Numbered from the stretch's first letter, positions 1-9,740 are shown. The stretch is 64,000 nucleotides of DNA from an archaeon (GCA_029258795.1 JAPDKB010000007.1:246186-310185), one strand, 5' to 3'. A program made the numbers and translations. The notes: a model not told the origin generated them from the sequence alone.

Positions 1-146
1 TAATAGCTATTGTATTTTTTACCCAAATTGAATGGTGGGTCGGCGAAAGTCATATCTACCGAATTATCTGGAATTTGTCGCATTACCTCTATTGCATCCC
101 CTTCTATTACCTTATTAATGAACTCATCTATATTTTCAGATCCCAT
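1..146 (-). CDS. DNA amino-methyltransferase (N4-C/N6-A, beta class), 5' part; runs off the window edge
   Basis: Manual translation from ATG at 146 gives MGSENIDEFINKVIEGDAIEVMRQIPDNSVDMTFADPPFNLGKKYNSY. This has the GDxxxxM...DxSVD...DPPF (motif IV) N-terminus. Not in the ORF track; overlaps the stop of the DUF262 gene. Confidence 0.85.
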   Translation of the reverse strand, partial: MGSENIDEFINKVIEGDAIEVMRQIPDNSVDMTFADPPFNLGKKYNSY

Positions 147-1783
147 ATTTTTATCGCCCTTCCCGCGAATTCTTTTTGTCGTTCTTCTATTTCAGAAGGT
201 GTCCAATCGTCATACTTTGCTAGATCCCGAGTAATTACTAGTTCAGAGTTTATGTAAATTGATTTTTTATTCTTAAAAGGGCCATTACCTATATCGCTAT
301 TCATCGTTTTATCTAATAGAGTAAGATTCCCGATTTTACGATAATATGTTTTATGTAAATTTTCATCAAAACTTGGCCAATCTCTTTGTAAATCAGTCGG
401 ATTTACTGGCAATATATGTTCCAAATTAGCTTTTTCTGGATTTTTAATAGGTTCGAGTTCTGCGGTAGTTCTATATGTTTGTTCCAGTTTTCTTAAATAG
501 TACCGCGCGATGTAGGCTTTGGAAACCGTAGCTATTTCGAAAGCTGTTTTAAATTCCTCATCTGTAGGTATTAAGTGTTTTATGGAATTTAGTAATTTTT
601 TTGCACTGTTTATCTCTCCTTCATTAATGAGTTTTGCCTGTTTTGAAAATTCTTTCTCAAGCGTACCTGATCCAATCTTACCAGTTATAAGATTTCTAAC
701 TGACCAAGACACTATAAGTTTTAATGCTTTTTTCACTTCTTCAGGTTTATCTTTCCATATCTCAAGCAAGGCAATTAAAAGTGGTCTATTTTGGACCAGT
801 CTCAATTCCAATAACTCTGATATGTATTCGGAACATTCAGGCGGAAAATTATTCCAAAGAGGATGATTTGGATTTAAGATTGCAAGGTAGACTTCAGAAT
901 TCTTCTCTAAATTACTGAGAAATGTGATAGATTGATTCTTATTTTTTATTTTTTCTTTTATATTTTTATAAAGTTCTTTTTCACGAGTTAATCCGTATTT
1001 TGAAGACCAATAATATCGTATATAGTTCAAAATCTCTTCCTCATTTATTCCTGATTCTATAGCTCCTGTAAATCTTGTCCATTTGTCTTTAGCTTCCTCA
1101 ATTCTATCTCCTGCTTTGTTAAATAAATAATTTTTTATAAGATCGGTTTGTGATAAAATCAATCCTCGGTCATTTAATGTTTCAAAAACAGTAAAAGCGT
1201 TTACATCATCAGACACAGTAACGGTTATTATCAATAATTTATCCTTCAAAAAATCAACTAAGTCTAATAAACCATTGAGATTTTCACTTTTGTACTTATT
1301 CTCAATATGCACTTTCAAAAAATTGTAAGCATCCATAAGTCTATTATGTGAGGCTCTTAAGGGTTCTATGGACTCATTACCTATTAATGCTCTTACATAA
1401 AATTCGTTATCTACATCATTAAGGGTTAATTTTTGCTTTATTTCTTTATCGCGGTAACTTCGCTTGAATATAAATTCTCTTTCAATTTCAGTTGCTCTAT
1501 CTTCTTCACCTATTTCTTTAAGAAAATCTCTTACTGCAATAAAAAACAAACTTACTGTGGCTAATCTTTGCTGCCCGTCTACGATTTCCAAATAATCGCC
1601 TCTGTCTGTAACTACTATTGTGCCTATGAAATATTCATCTGGATATGAATTCGTAATGTCATCAAAAAGTTCCTTAACATTCTCCACTTCCCAAGCAAAC
1701 GATCTTTGGTAAAGAGGGACTTTTAAAAAGTTGTCCGACAAAAAATGCCCTATTCCATCATGCTTAAAGTCTATTTTAGACAT
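128..1783 (-). CDS. DUF262 + DUF1524 (HNH) GmrSD-like modification-dependent restriction nuclease
   Basis: P.YQR..AW, IVDGQQRL and FETLNDRG motifs (DUF262); EHILP...IGNLTLL...N HNH motif (DUF1524). Confidence 0.88.
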   Translation of the reverse strand: MSKIDFKHDGIGHFLSDNFLKVPLYQRSFAWEVENVKELFDDITNSYPDEYFIGTIVVTDRGDYLEIVDGQQRLATVSLFFIAVRDFLKEIGEEDRATEIEREFIFKRSYRDKEIKQKLTLNDVDNEFYVRALIGNESIEPLRASHNRLMDAYNFLKVHIENKYKSENLNGLLDLVDFLKDKLLIITVTVSDDVNAFTVFETLNDRGLILSQTDLIKNYLFNKAGDRIEEAKDKWTRFTGAIESGINEEEILNYIRYYWSSKYGLTREKELYKNIKEKIKNKNQSITFLSNLEKNSEVYLAILNPNHPLWNNFPPECSEYISELLELRLVQNRPLLIALLEIWKDKPEEVKKALKLIVSWSVRNLITGKIGSGTLEKEFSKQAKLINEGEINSAKKLLNSIKHLIPTDEEFKTAFEIATVSKAYIARYYLRKLEQTYRTTAELEPIKNPEKANLEHILPVNPTDLQRDWPSFDENLHKTYYRKIGNLTLLDKTMNSDIGNGPFKNKKSIYINSELVITRDLAKYDDWTPSEIEERQKEFAGRAIKIWDLKI

Positions 1784-2753
1784 CTTCTTCTACCTCCATG
1801 ATATTTCTCAACAAAGCTTTAAATTTACTGAGTTCGTCTGCTCTAAAAGTAAAAACAAAATCGTATGCCTCGACCATTCTTCTCAAGTCTCCTCTCCTTA
1901 CGTACCATCCAATTCCGTCTACAAAGCCTACAAATATCGAATTTGGATAATGTTTTTTGATTGCTTCAGCCACTCTCTGTTCAGTTTTAGCTTTGTCACC
2001 CATTCCCGAGCTCGTAGTAACGACATAAGAGCACTCAATGATTACTTTTGGTGAACGTTTACTCGGGATTATGAAATCAAGCGTTCGTGGAACATTATCC
2101 AGTTCTCCTTTTTCAAACGGATAGCGTAACTCGTTCAGGATTTTCTCAATAACAACTTCAGGGTTATTTCCTTTACTTGCTGAATAAGAACCCTTAGTTT
2201 TATATCGTATTATTGTGTCTATCAAAGATTCTATAGAGAAACTAAGCTTATTTATATCCAGTTTCTTAAATTCAAAAAGTGGGATAACCCTTCTCAAAAT
2301 TGGAACTGTTGAACCTTTGAAAAATAAATTGACTATGCCTTCTGCGAATTTTCTGTTGCTTCTCACATATGACTTGATTTTTTCCAATGTCCATTCTTTT
2401 TCAAAATCTTCGTTTGGCCAATATTCTTTATTAACAATCTTGTTTAATTCCTCATCATCTATAACTCGAATGAACGTTATTAAACGTAACAAACTCTCTT
2501 TTGAAAATCCTGTAAGAGTTAATAACGCATCTAGTCCATTCTCCAGATTCATGATATGCTCTACGAAAATTTCTTCTTTCAAACCTTCTTGTTCAACCCT
2601 CTTTTTGAGAATAAAGAGATTCTGTGCTAATGAGGAAATATATGCTTCATATTCCTCTTCAAATTCTACATTTTGGAAATAAAATGTATTTTTTTCTATC
2701 ACTGTATTAAATTTTGTCTCATCATCCGGGAATTGTAAGTTAGTCATTCTCAC
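1776..2753 (-). CDS. DpnII-family-like type II restriction endonuclease
   Basis: C-terminal DF.IP...IIECSY..T.SS...K and FVGFVDGIGW motifs resemble PD-(D/E)XK DpnII-type REases; located in the RM operon. Confidence 0.7.
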   Translation of the reverse strand: MRMTNLQFPDDETKFNTVIEKNTFYFQNVEFEEEYEAYISSLAQNLFILKKRVEQEGLKEEIFVEHIMNLENGLDALLTLTGFSKESLLRLITFIRVIDDEELNKIVNKEYWPNEDFEKEWTLEKIKSYVRSNRKFAEGIVNLFFKGSTVPILRRVIPLFEFKKLDINKLSFSIESLIDTIIRYKTKGSYSASKGNNPEVVIEKILNELRYPFEKGELDNVPRTLDFIIPSKRSPKVIIECSYVVTTSSGMGDKAKTEQRVAEAIKKHYPNSIFVGFVDGIGWYVRRGDLRRMVEAYDFVFTFRADELSKFKALLRNIMEVEEDV

Positions 2754-3057
2754 ACCTCTTTTCTAAATATCAATACGAATTCCTCATGCATTGTATTTCT
2801 TATTTCTTTAAAAGATTTAATCCGTGTATTTTGCCAAATTCTTTAATTTTGTTTTCAAGTCTTATACCTCCTGTCTGTATATCGTTTGATTCGATTATTA
2901 TCACCGCATGTTTTGATAGGATTTTTGATTCATAATAAGCAAATTCTAATTCAAAAACTTCTGTTACACTAGGTAATAATTCAAACCAATTAGGAAATAA
3001 CATTTCATGAATTGTTGGCAAATCTAAAGTAGATATGCGCGTTTCATTACTCATCAC
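2750..3057 (-). pseudogene. Internally deleted and frameshifted gene, probably a DNA methyltransferase remnant
   Basis: The 85-aa ORF reads as an N-terminus joined directly to a C-terminal-like segment (AVIIIESNDIQTGGIRLE...). After its stop another frame continues IRNTMHEEFVLIFRKEV*, whose TGA (2750-2752) overlaps the REase GTG start. The MTase identity is inferred. Confidence 0.55.
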
Positions 3058-3195
3058 TTTTCACCTTTTGGTTTGATCCTTCCATTAAAATAATCTATAG
3101 CAACTTATTTAATTTATCTAATTTTCATTTGACAATTGGCAATATATGCCCCACCAAAACCCTTTTAACTTTCCCGCACTTAATTTTTCAACATC

Positions 3196-3579
3196 ATGAT
3201 GAGCAGGGACGAGCTGGAGAGGTTTTTGCTTCTTGTGGAAAAGCTGAGGTGTGATGAGAGGTTGATTATTGTTGAGGGAAAGGAAGACAGGGTGAGTTTG
3301 GAGAGAATGGGGATAGATAGCGCGAGAATAATAGAAGTAAGCAAAAAACCGAGGCATGAGCTGATGGATGTTTTTGAGGAAAAAAACGCAAGAAGTGTGA
3401 TAAGCTTTCTGGATGATGACAAGGCGGGAAAAGCGCTGCTCAAAAGGATGAAAACTTGGTTCCCTCACGTAAGCTTTGATGAAAGCTACTCCTCCAAAAT
3501 TTACGGCATGCTGCATGTCAGCTTTGCGGCAGATATCTCAAAAGCGGTTGAAAGGCACATAACAAACTATTTTTTCTGA
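3196..3579 (+). CDS. Small TOPRIM-domain protein
   Basis: IIVEGKED and DDDKAG TOPRIM motifs. Confidence 0.8.
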   Translation: MMSRDELERFLLLVEKLRCDERLIIVEGKEDRVSLERMGIDSARIIEVSKKPRHELMDVFEEKNARSVISFLDDDKAGKALLKRMKTWFPHVSFDESYSSKIYGMLHVSFAADISKAVERHITNYFF

Positions 3580-5198
3580 GATTCATCTTGTGGTGGAGAG
3601 GTTTCCTGTGTTTCCAAATTTTCCCTTGATTGAGTCAGGGTGGGTTTGGAAGGCATATCGCTCTTTCCCTTAACCTTCTTTTTTTCCAGCAATTTCTCCA
3701 ATGCTTCCACAAACTCCTTCGTTTTCTCCCTTATCTCGTAAATCTTCTCCTCCGGGATATCCTCTTCCTTGCCCTCCTTGACCATCTCCAGATACTTCAT
3801 CATGATGTTGAACAGATACTCGTGCTGCTCCCTGACCTCTGGAAAGGTGCTGTGCATTACCGCGGGCAAGTCCTTCAGTTCTTCAGGCGGCTCTATGCCA
3901 ACACGCCTCAGGGCAACAACATCCGCCTTCAAAAACATCTTGTAGGTTTCTATCAGCACATTACCCTTGTGGCGCATCCCCATACTGTCTATCAGGCTCT
4001 TAATGGCATCAACAACCTTTCTTGCTCTCTCTATATATTCATCCACCATCTTCCCTATGTCCTTACTCTCCTCAGGAGGCATGTACTCAACATCTTTTGC
4101 AAACTTGTGCACAGCCCTTATATCATCAACCACGCTCCTGTCAAGCATTCCTCTTGCCACAAGAGTTGCCTCCAAAGCGTCAGCCACCTCCTCCTTGTTC
4201 ACGGGAAGGCGGCCTATCATCATCAACGCTGCATTTCCAGCTGACGCTACCGCTTGCTCAAGGTAGTGAGCTGCCGATTTAACGCGGGAGACAGCATAAT
4301 CCACAAACTTCGGAGCAGCTGAAATCTTCTTGTCCACAGCTTCTTTGGTGGTTGGCACCATGCCACGCTGTACCATGCGCTTTGCGGGCATGAAGACGCC
4401 AACATCATAGACAGGGATGCCGTATCTCAAAATGGAGATAAGCACCGGCTCCGCCATTCTCAAATTGTCCCAGAACTCCGTGAGGAACATGAATGCCTGA
4501 ATGGTTATGCGCTCATCAACATCCCTTGCTATTCTCACCAGCTCATCCCATATCTGGTCCTTAATCTGATCCGGAACTTCCTCCTCTATGCCCGTATCAT
4601 CCATCACCACGAAAATGTCAAGATCACTCTTCTCATGATGCGTACCTTTAGCCGTTGAGCCGTAAACCACAACCGCTTTAACCCTCTTCTTGTACTTCTG
4701 GATTAACTTGGCTGCGTACCTCCTTGCTACCTCCATCCTCTTCTCAAAATCCTTCTTTCTCTTCTCCTCCTGCAGTTTTTTGGCCATCTCCTCGATCTTT
4801 TTCTCCTCCTGCTTAGCAATCTTGATTATCTCCTCCGCTCTTTCTTCAGAAATGCCAGCATTCACAAGTTCCTTGAGTTTTGCTGAAGCAAGAGCGTTTA
4901 TAGTTGTTATGCCTGCTGCCTTCAACTTTGCCTTCTCCTCCTTGCTCAAGAAATCGAACTTCTCAATAGACCTGCCGTTTGCAGCCAGTTCCTTCAGCTT
5001 TTTCTCCTCCCTACTTACCATGTATTTCTCAATTATCGCTCTCTTCTTCTCATCAACCACCGAGGCACGGATAGCATCCTTACCATTAGAGTTTTTATTT
5101 TTCGAGTTTTCTTGTTTGCCTTTATTATTCTTCACATTATCACCCCTATCGGATTGAGAAGTATTCTCACCAACAACAGCTTCTCTTATCTCCTCCAT
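3567..5198 (-). CDS. Pol-beta-like nucleotidyltransferase with N-terminal HhH domain and C-terminal HEPN-like helical domains
   Basis: YGSTAKG...SDLDIFVVMDD NTase motif; KLKAAGITTINALA..ELVNAGISEERAEEII RadA-N-like HhH. Start at ATG 5198, or TTG 5228. Confidence 0.8.
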   Translation of the reverse strand: MEEIREAVVGENTSQSDRGDNVKNNKGKQENSKNKNSNGKDAIRASVVDEKKRAIIEKYMVSREEKKLKELAANGRSIEKFDFLSKEEKAKLKAAGITTINALASAKLKELVNAGISEERAEEIIKIAKQEEKKIEEMAKKLQEEKRKKDFEKRMEVARRYAAKLIQKYKKRVKAVVVYGSTAKGTHHEKSDLDIFVVMDDTGIEEEVPDQIKDQIWDELVRIARDVDERITIQAFMFLTEFWDNLRMAEPVLISILRYGIPVYDVGVFMPAKRMVQRGMVPTTKEAVDKKISAAPKFVDYAVSRVKSAAHYLEQAVASAGNAALMMIGRLPVNKEEVADALEATLVARGMLDRSVVDDIRAVHKFAKDVEYMPPEESKDIGKMVDEYIERARKVVDAIKSLIDSMGMRHKGNVLIETYKMFLKADVVALRRVGIEPPEELKDLPAVMHSTFPEVREQHEYLFNIMMKYLEMVKEGKEEDIPEEKIYEIREKTKEFVEALEKLLEKKKVKGKSDMPSKPTLTQSRENLETQETSPPQDESQKK

Positions 5199-5292
5199 GC
5201 CACCGCTGTTGCCCACAAAAATCACCAAAGAAATGTTGTGTTCTCACATTTATATAAATGAGCCAACCACAATTTTGAAATTCAGAGCCAAA

Positions 5293-7851
5293 TCACCACC
5301 TGAACTTGTTCCTGATCCACTGGGCAAGGCGGTTCATTTCCTTGGCTCTCTCTCCCAAGAACGTGTAGCTGTGCTCCGGAAGTGTCAGCAAGCCCTCTAT
5401 CGGGTCCATTGCATGCATTTTCACCGCCTGATACTGTGCGGCTTCAAACTCCGGCCCGAGTCCGTAGAAGTCTGGAGGTAGCTTGTCGGGAGGTACTTCT
5501 TCCTCAAGATGCTTTACCATCAGCCTCAAAGCTACAGCGCTGTCTTCTGGTGGTCCTGCAGCACCCCACTCCCAAATCATATACGCGTCCTTCATACCTT
5601 TCTTTCTTAACAACCATAACCATTTATAAAGTATGTACATGTCCAAGCTGAAGAGCTGAATCTGTCCGTGCAAGCCACCATAAGGGCGTGGCGCATTTAT
5701 ATGCACCATCCTCACATATTTGGCATCCCCCTCCCTTATGTTCTCCTCCACATCCTTGATGGGGTCAATGAGGTTGGTGGTGAGGTGCTCAAAATCAATG
5801 GTGTATGATATGTGCTCGCCTTTCTCTATGCTTTTAACCAGAGCTATGTGGTGGTGTGCATGCATTACTCTAAGCTGACCTTCAAGTCCCGGAGCCGGTT
5901 GCTCAGTCTCCACAAAAATGTGGATTTTGTTTTTCTTGCAGTACTCGTAGATGGAAAGATCCATTTCGTCATTTTCCAGATCCCTCAGAATTCTGCTGTC
6001 CATTACACTACCCTTATCCTGCTCTTTTTCTATTCTCCACTCTCTGACCTGCTCCGGCAATCCACCCATATTCCATGGAGGTGTTTTCACAAGCAAGTGT
6101 CCCTGAATGTACTTGCATGCAACTGCGGTGATTATAAGCTCGATTATCTTCTGCACGGGTATTTTGGCCCTGTTGCCTTTATCATCTTCATAAACGGATT
6201 CTCCCTTGTTCGCACGGTCTATGGCCACGTCAGGTTTTATTCTACAACCTGCTTCCCTCTCCACTATCTCCTTCCAGAGGAAATCTCCTGTTTCGGACAT
6301 GTACTTGGCAACCACCTCATAGCTTACCCTTTCCTGTGCCTCACTTCCCTGCTGTTTCCACAGTTCAAAAAGCTGGTCGAAATCCATGTTTAGCACAGTT
6401 CTAATCACATCACTGCAAAGCATGAAATGCTTGTAAGCTCTGGAAAGTCCTACCGCACCATTCCCTTTTCTCAACGCTTCTTCGGGAGCTACACCATTGT
6501 TCAGCACCCTCGTAAATATTCTGTAAACGATGCTATACCTCAAAAGTTCCTCAATTTCTTCCCTCAATTTGTTCTCATCGGGAATCCTGCTTTCATCACA
6601 CATCTCGACCTTGTGTTTGATAACATAGTAGTTTTTCAGTTCCTCATTAAGTGCTTGAAAATATCCTGCTTTGCTGGGGTCTCGCTGTCTTTGTTGTGCC
6701 TTTTCTTTGATCCCCTCAGCTTCTATTTGTAGCTCGTTTATTTTTCTTTCATTACTCTCCTTTCTTTCTTCTAGTTTCCTAATTTCGTTAATGATGTTTT
6801 CTTTTTCTTCTTCTTTGCTTACAACTTCAAGTTGATACCCAAGATCCCTGATCATTTTCTCAATTTGCGTTATTTCTGATTTTAACGCAATAATTTGGGC
6901 GTTGATTTCAGAAAGTCTTTTCCTTTCATCAGGAGTAAGATCTAGCAGTTTCTCAGCTTCCTTCGTTTTATTCTCAAGTTCCCTTATCTTCTTATCAAGT
7001 TCTTCCAGAATTTTTGGTCTTGCTAACTTCCAGTACTTTAATTTCATTCTGTTCAGCTCTCTCGCTGCAAACACAACTCTTTCTTTAAAATCCCTACCCG
7101 GATATTTGGGCCCTTCATCAGTCTCTATTTGCTCAGTTGTGCTCAAAAAGTATGAAACCTCGGCGTTTGGCACGCTACCAAGCACTCGGTATAGGACGTT
7201 CACGAATCTTGCCTTGAACCATTCCTTAAACCAGGGTATATGTTTCTTCTTGCCATCTGATGGATCTTTAAATTTCCCTTCAGAGACCTTCTCAATCCAC
7301 ATAGCCAAATTTTCACCCGTAAATGAGTACTGTGGAACAGGATACTCATGGGCTGCAAGATAATAGACAAGGCCGGGTCTCGGTTTGTGGGAAGTGTGAA
7401 ACAGAATAAATTTGGCACCCGTTTTTTTTGCTATTATCGCTGTTCTCTGCACATTGCGGTGGTGTCTTTCCCATTCATAAGCATTTGCCACACCCAAATC
7501 TATGGCAATTTCTCCAGTTACAGGAGCGTGTATTCCGAATCCAAAGTATGGGCCCTGAGCTTCAATCACCCTTTTTACCTCGTCCTCCACGCCATGCTCA
7601 TAAGCCTCCGCTATACTCTCAAAATCAACTTCCACAAAATCAAAACCCTGTCTTGCTCCAAAAGCAATTTTTCTGGCTATCCCGGAGAGAGCCATTCTCT
7701 CTGCTCCCTGCCTGAACTGGGCAAATCCAGGGGTAACTCCTATTATATAGCCGATGGGTCTGTTGTGTTCGTCCCACCTTCCCTGCGGCTTCTTTTCCGT
7801 TGGATTGGCATTGCTCTTTTCCTTTGGCTTTTTAAGTTTGTCCAGCACCAT
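5293..7851 (-). CDS. Large EndoIV/xylose-isomerase-like TIM-barrel protein with a coiled-coil insertion
   Basis: GIHAP, FHTSH, VETE, TIDFEH, VHIN, LHGQ and IWEW metal-ligand-like motifs; central heptad-rich segment. Confidence 0.7.
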   Translation of the reverse strand: MVLDKLKKPKEKSNANPTEKKPQGRWDEHNRPIGYIIGVTPGFAQFRQGAERMALSGIARKIAFGARQGFDFVEVDFESIAEAYEHGVEDEVKRVIEAQGPYFGFGIHAPVTGEIAIDLGVANAYEWERHHRNVQRTAIIAKKTGAKFILFHTSHKPRPGLVYYLAAHEYPVPQYSFTGENLAMWIEKVSEGKFKDPSDGKKKHIPWFKEWFKARFVNVLYRVLGSVPNAEVSYFLSTTEQIETDEGPKYPGRDFKERVVFAARELNRMKLKYWKLARPKILEELDKKIRELENKTKEAEKLLDLTPDERKRLSEINAQIIALKSEITQIEKMIRDLGYQLEVVSKEEEKENIINEIRKLEERKESNERKINELQIEAEGIKEKAQQRQRDPSKAGYFQALNEELKNYYVIKHKVEMCDESRIPDENKLREEIEELLRYSIVYRIFTRVLNNGVAPEEALRKGNGAVGLSRAYKHFMLCSDVIRTVLNMDFDQLFELWKQQGSEAQERVSYEVVAKYMSETGDFLWKEIVEREAGCRIKPDVAIDRANKGESVYEDDKGNRAKIPVQKIIELIITAVACKYIQGHLLVKTPPWNMGGLPEQVREWRIEKEQDKGSVMDSRILRDLENDEMDLSIYEYCKKNKIHIFVETEQPAPGLEGQLRVMHAHHHIALVKSIEKGEHISYTIDFEHLTTNLIDPIKDVEENIREGDAKYVRMVHINAPRPYGGLHGQIQLFSLDMYILYKWLWLLRKKGMKDAYMIWEWGAAGPPEDSAVALRLMVKHLEEEVPPDKLPPDFYGLGPEFEAAQYQAVKMHAMDPIEGLLTLPEHSYTFLGERAKEMNRLAQWIRNKFRW

Positions 7852-7904
7852 GATAACTCACATTCATTTATATAGATGAATGCTCAAAATAAAACTTTGG
7901 GTGT

Positions 7905-8594
7905 TTGACAGTGGGTCTGGCAGATAAGCTGGGAGGAATCACCTCAAAATTCAAGAGGAAATCTCTCGACCAGAAGATAGATGAAGCTCTGAAAAGTCAA
8001 TCTTCCACTAACAGAATGAGCGATTTTTCAAGCACTTTCTCACAGCTAAACAAAAACGCTGCTGAAAGGTTCAGAAGTGAGGTGAGTGGAGCTGGCAAGG
8101 CCATGTTCACGAGAGCTGAGGAGAGATTTGATTCAAACTACCCCGCGATAGAAAAAGCTCCTTTTGGAGATATGACTCAGGAAAGCCCTTTGACCAGGGA
8201 CTTCGATAAGTTCCCATCAGGAGATAACTTTCAAAGCGGTTTTGAAAGAATGGAAACAAAGAGAGAGCCCGCTGCGCCAATGGAAGAGAATCCCTTCATG
8301 CATGCAGCAACGTCCATGCCCTCCCTACCTGAGGAAAATAATGCTCAACCTCAACCCCCATTTCAGCAGGAAAGCGCACGTTCCTTCTCAACCACTGAGG
8401 TCTCTTCTCATCCCGGTGTTGAGACAAGAGCAAGGGAAAGTTTTGGTGAAACCTCCCTTCCTTTATCATCTCCGCATCCCACAAGCACCACCCAAGCCGA
8501 TATTTCCGCGGTTCTGAGGGAGTTGCAGGCCATCAGGGAGCAGAATGCCGTAATTCTTGAAAAGCTGAAAAGAATCGAGGAGCGGTTGAGGTGA
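7905..8594 (+). CDS. Hypothetical low-complexity protein with C-terminal coiled coil
   Basis: S/P/F/E-rich body ending DISAVLRELQAIREQNAVILEKLKRIEERLR; divergent from the TIM-barrel gene with an intervening TATA-like sequence. Confidence 0.7.
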   Translation: MTVGLADKLGGITSKFKRKSLDQKIDEALKSQSSTNRMSDFSSTFSQLNKNAAERFRSEVSGAGKAMFTRAEERFDSNYPAIEKAPFGDMTQESPLTRDFDKFPSGDNFQSGFERMETKREPAAPMEENPFMHAATSMPSLPEENNAQPQPPFQQESARSFSTTEVSSHPGVETRARESFGETSLPLSSPHPTSTTQADISAVLRELQAIREQNAVILEKLKRIEERLR

Positions 8595-8643
8595 AGAGCA
8601 GGAGCTGAATGGAAAACAGAATAATGAGAGTGCACTCAAACAC

Positions 8644-9177
8644 TCAGTAGTTGAATCCTGCTCCTTTGGGCACGGTGACGCGTTCCGTCTTCTGAACCGG
8701 TATGCCGAGCATCTCTCTCAACGCGTTCTCTATCGTCATCAGCATCTTTTTGGAAACTTCGAAATATTTGGTGCGCTGCTTGTTGTAGAATAGGTAGGAA
8801 TATGTCCACCAGAAGCTCTTGTGTATGCTGTGAGAATAAGGCACCCTCGTTTCAAGCACACCTCCGTATTTCAGAGTCATGTGTCCCATTTTTTGCGGGT
8901 CATCTCCCTGCTGACCCCAGGCACGCATCTTGAACTTGAGAGATGTCCATCTGTCAAAAGCTCTGTTTGCCTCAACTTCATAATAAAAGCTGCCATCGGT
9001 GGTGTCCCACCTCACATCCTTTTCCCATACATCGGGACTTCCTATCTCCAGCACATGTTTGAGCAGCTCCACCATCTTATCCTTAAAACCCAAGGGATTT
9101 GGTCCTCTATAGGTTATTTTTTTCATTTCATGCGGTGCGAAGACCATGTCGGAATAGTAAAGCTCTTTGTTAGCCAT
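8644..9177 (-). CDS. Hypothetical protein, paralog of the adjacent ORF
   Basis: Shares D..F.PHE...I.Y.GP.P, D.(W/Y)(T/S) and F...(F/Y)Y.K.R..Y with 9170..9685. Confidence 0.75.
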   Translation of the reverse strand: MANKELYYSDMVFAPHEMKKITYRGPNPLGFKDKMVELLKHVLEIGSPDVWEKDVRWDTTDGSFYYEVEANRAFDRWTSLKFKMRAWGQQGDDPQKMGHMTLKYGGVLETRVPYSHSIHKSFWWTYSYLFYNKQRTKYFEVSKKMLMTIENALREMLGIPVQKTERVTVPKGAGFNY

Positions 9178-9685
9178 GTTCCCTCAACTCCTCCATATAC
9201 TTCTTTACTTCTTCTTCCAGCTTCCTCACTATCCTTCTCCCAATCTGAATGTATTCCATCCTTTTTTTGTGGTAAAACACGGTGTGCCAGAAGCGTCTAG
9301 CCATCTCGTAAAAGATGGATTGCTGGAGCAGCGTGTCCTGCGGGTACTCGGTTATTAGCGCGGCATCTATGGAGATGGTCACTGGGCCCTTTCCGTTTTT
9401 GGAAAAGCCCTTCATCTTTATGTCAGCGCGAATGTGGGAATAGACGTCCATCTGCTTTATTACGCGCCACCACACGTTGAATTTTATCTCGTTCTCACTT
9501 GGCGTTTCCCATGTAAAAGCTATCTCCTGAATATGGCTTCTGGGGATGTTGAATATGACCGGCATGAGTTCCTGCATTTTGGAATACAGCCTTTCGGGGT
9601 GGGGTCCGGAATAATTTATGAATATCTCTTCATGGGGTTCAAAGAGGTCGTCATAAATCACAAGCTTGGTCCTTGCCCATACCAT
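9170..9685 (-). CDS. Hypothetical protein, paralog of the adjacent ORF
   Basis: Same motifs as 8644..9177; stop and start overlap. Confidence 0.75.
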   Translation of the reverse strand: MVWARTKLVIYDDLFEPHEEIFINYSGPHPERLYSKMQELMPVIFNIPRSHIQEIAFTWETPSENEIKFNVWWRVIKQMDVYSHIRADIKMKGFSKNGKGPVTISIDAALITEYPQDTLLQQSIFYEMARRFWHTVFYHKKRMEYIQIGRRIVRKLEEEVKKYMEELREHG

Positions 9686-9740
9686 GATAATAATAAGAGG
9701 TAATAGCTATTTATATAAATTGCAAGAAAATAGTAAAAGT

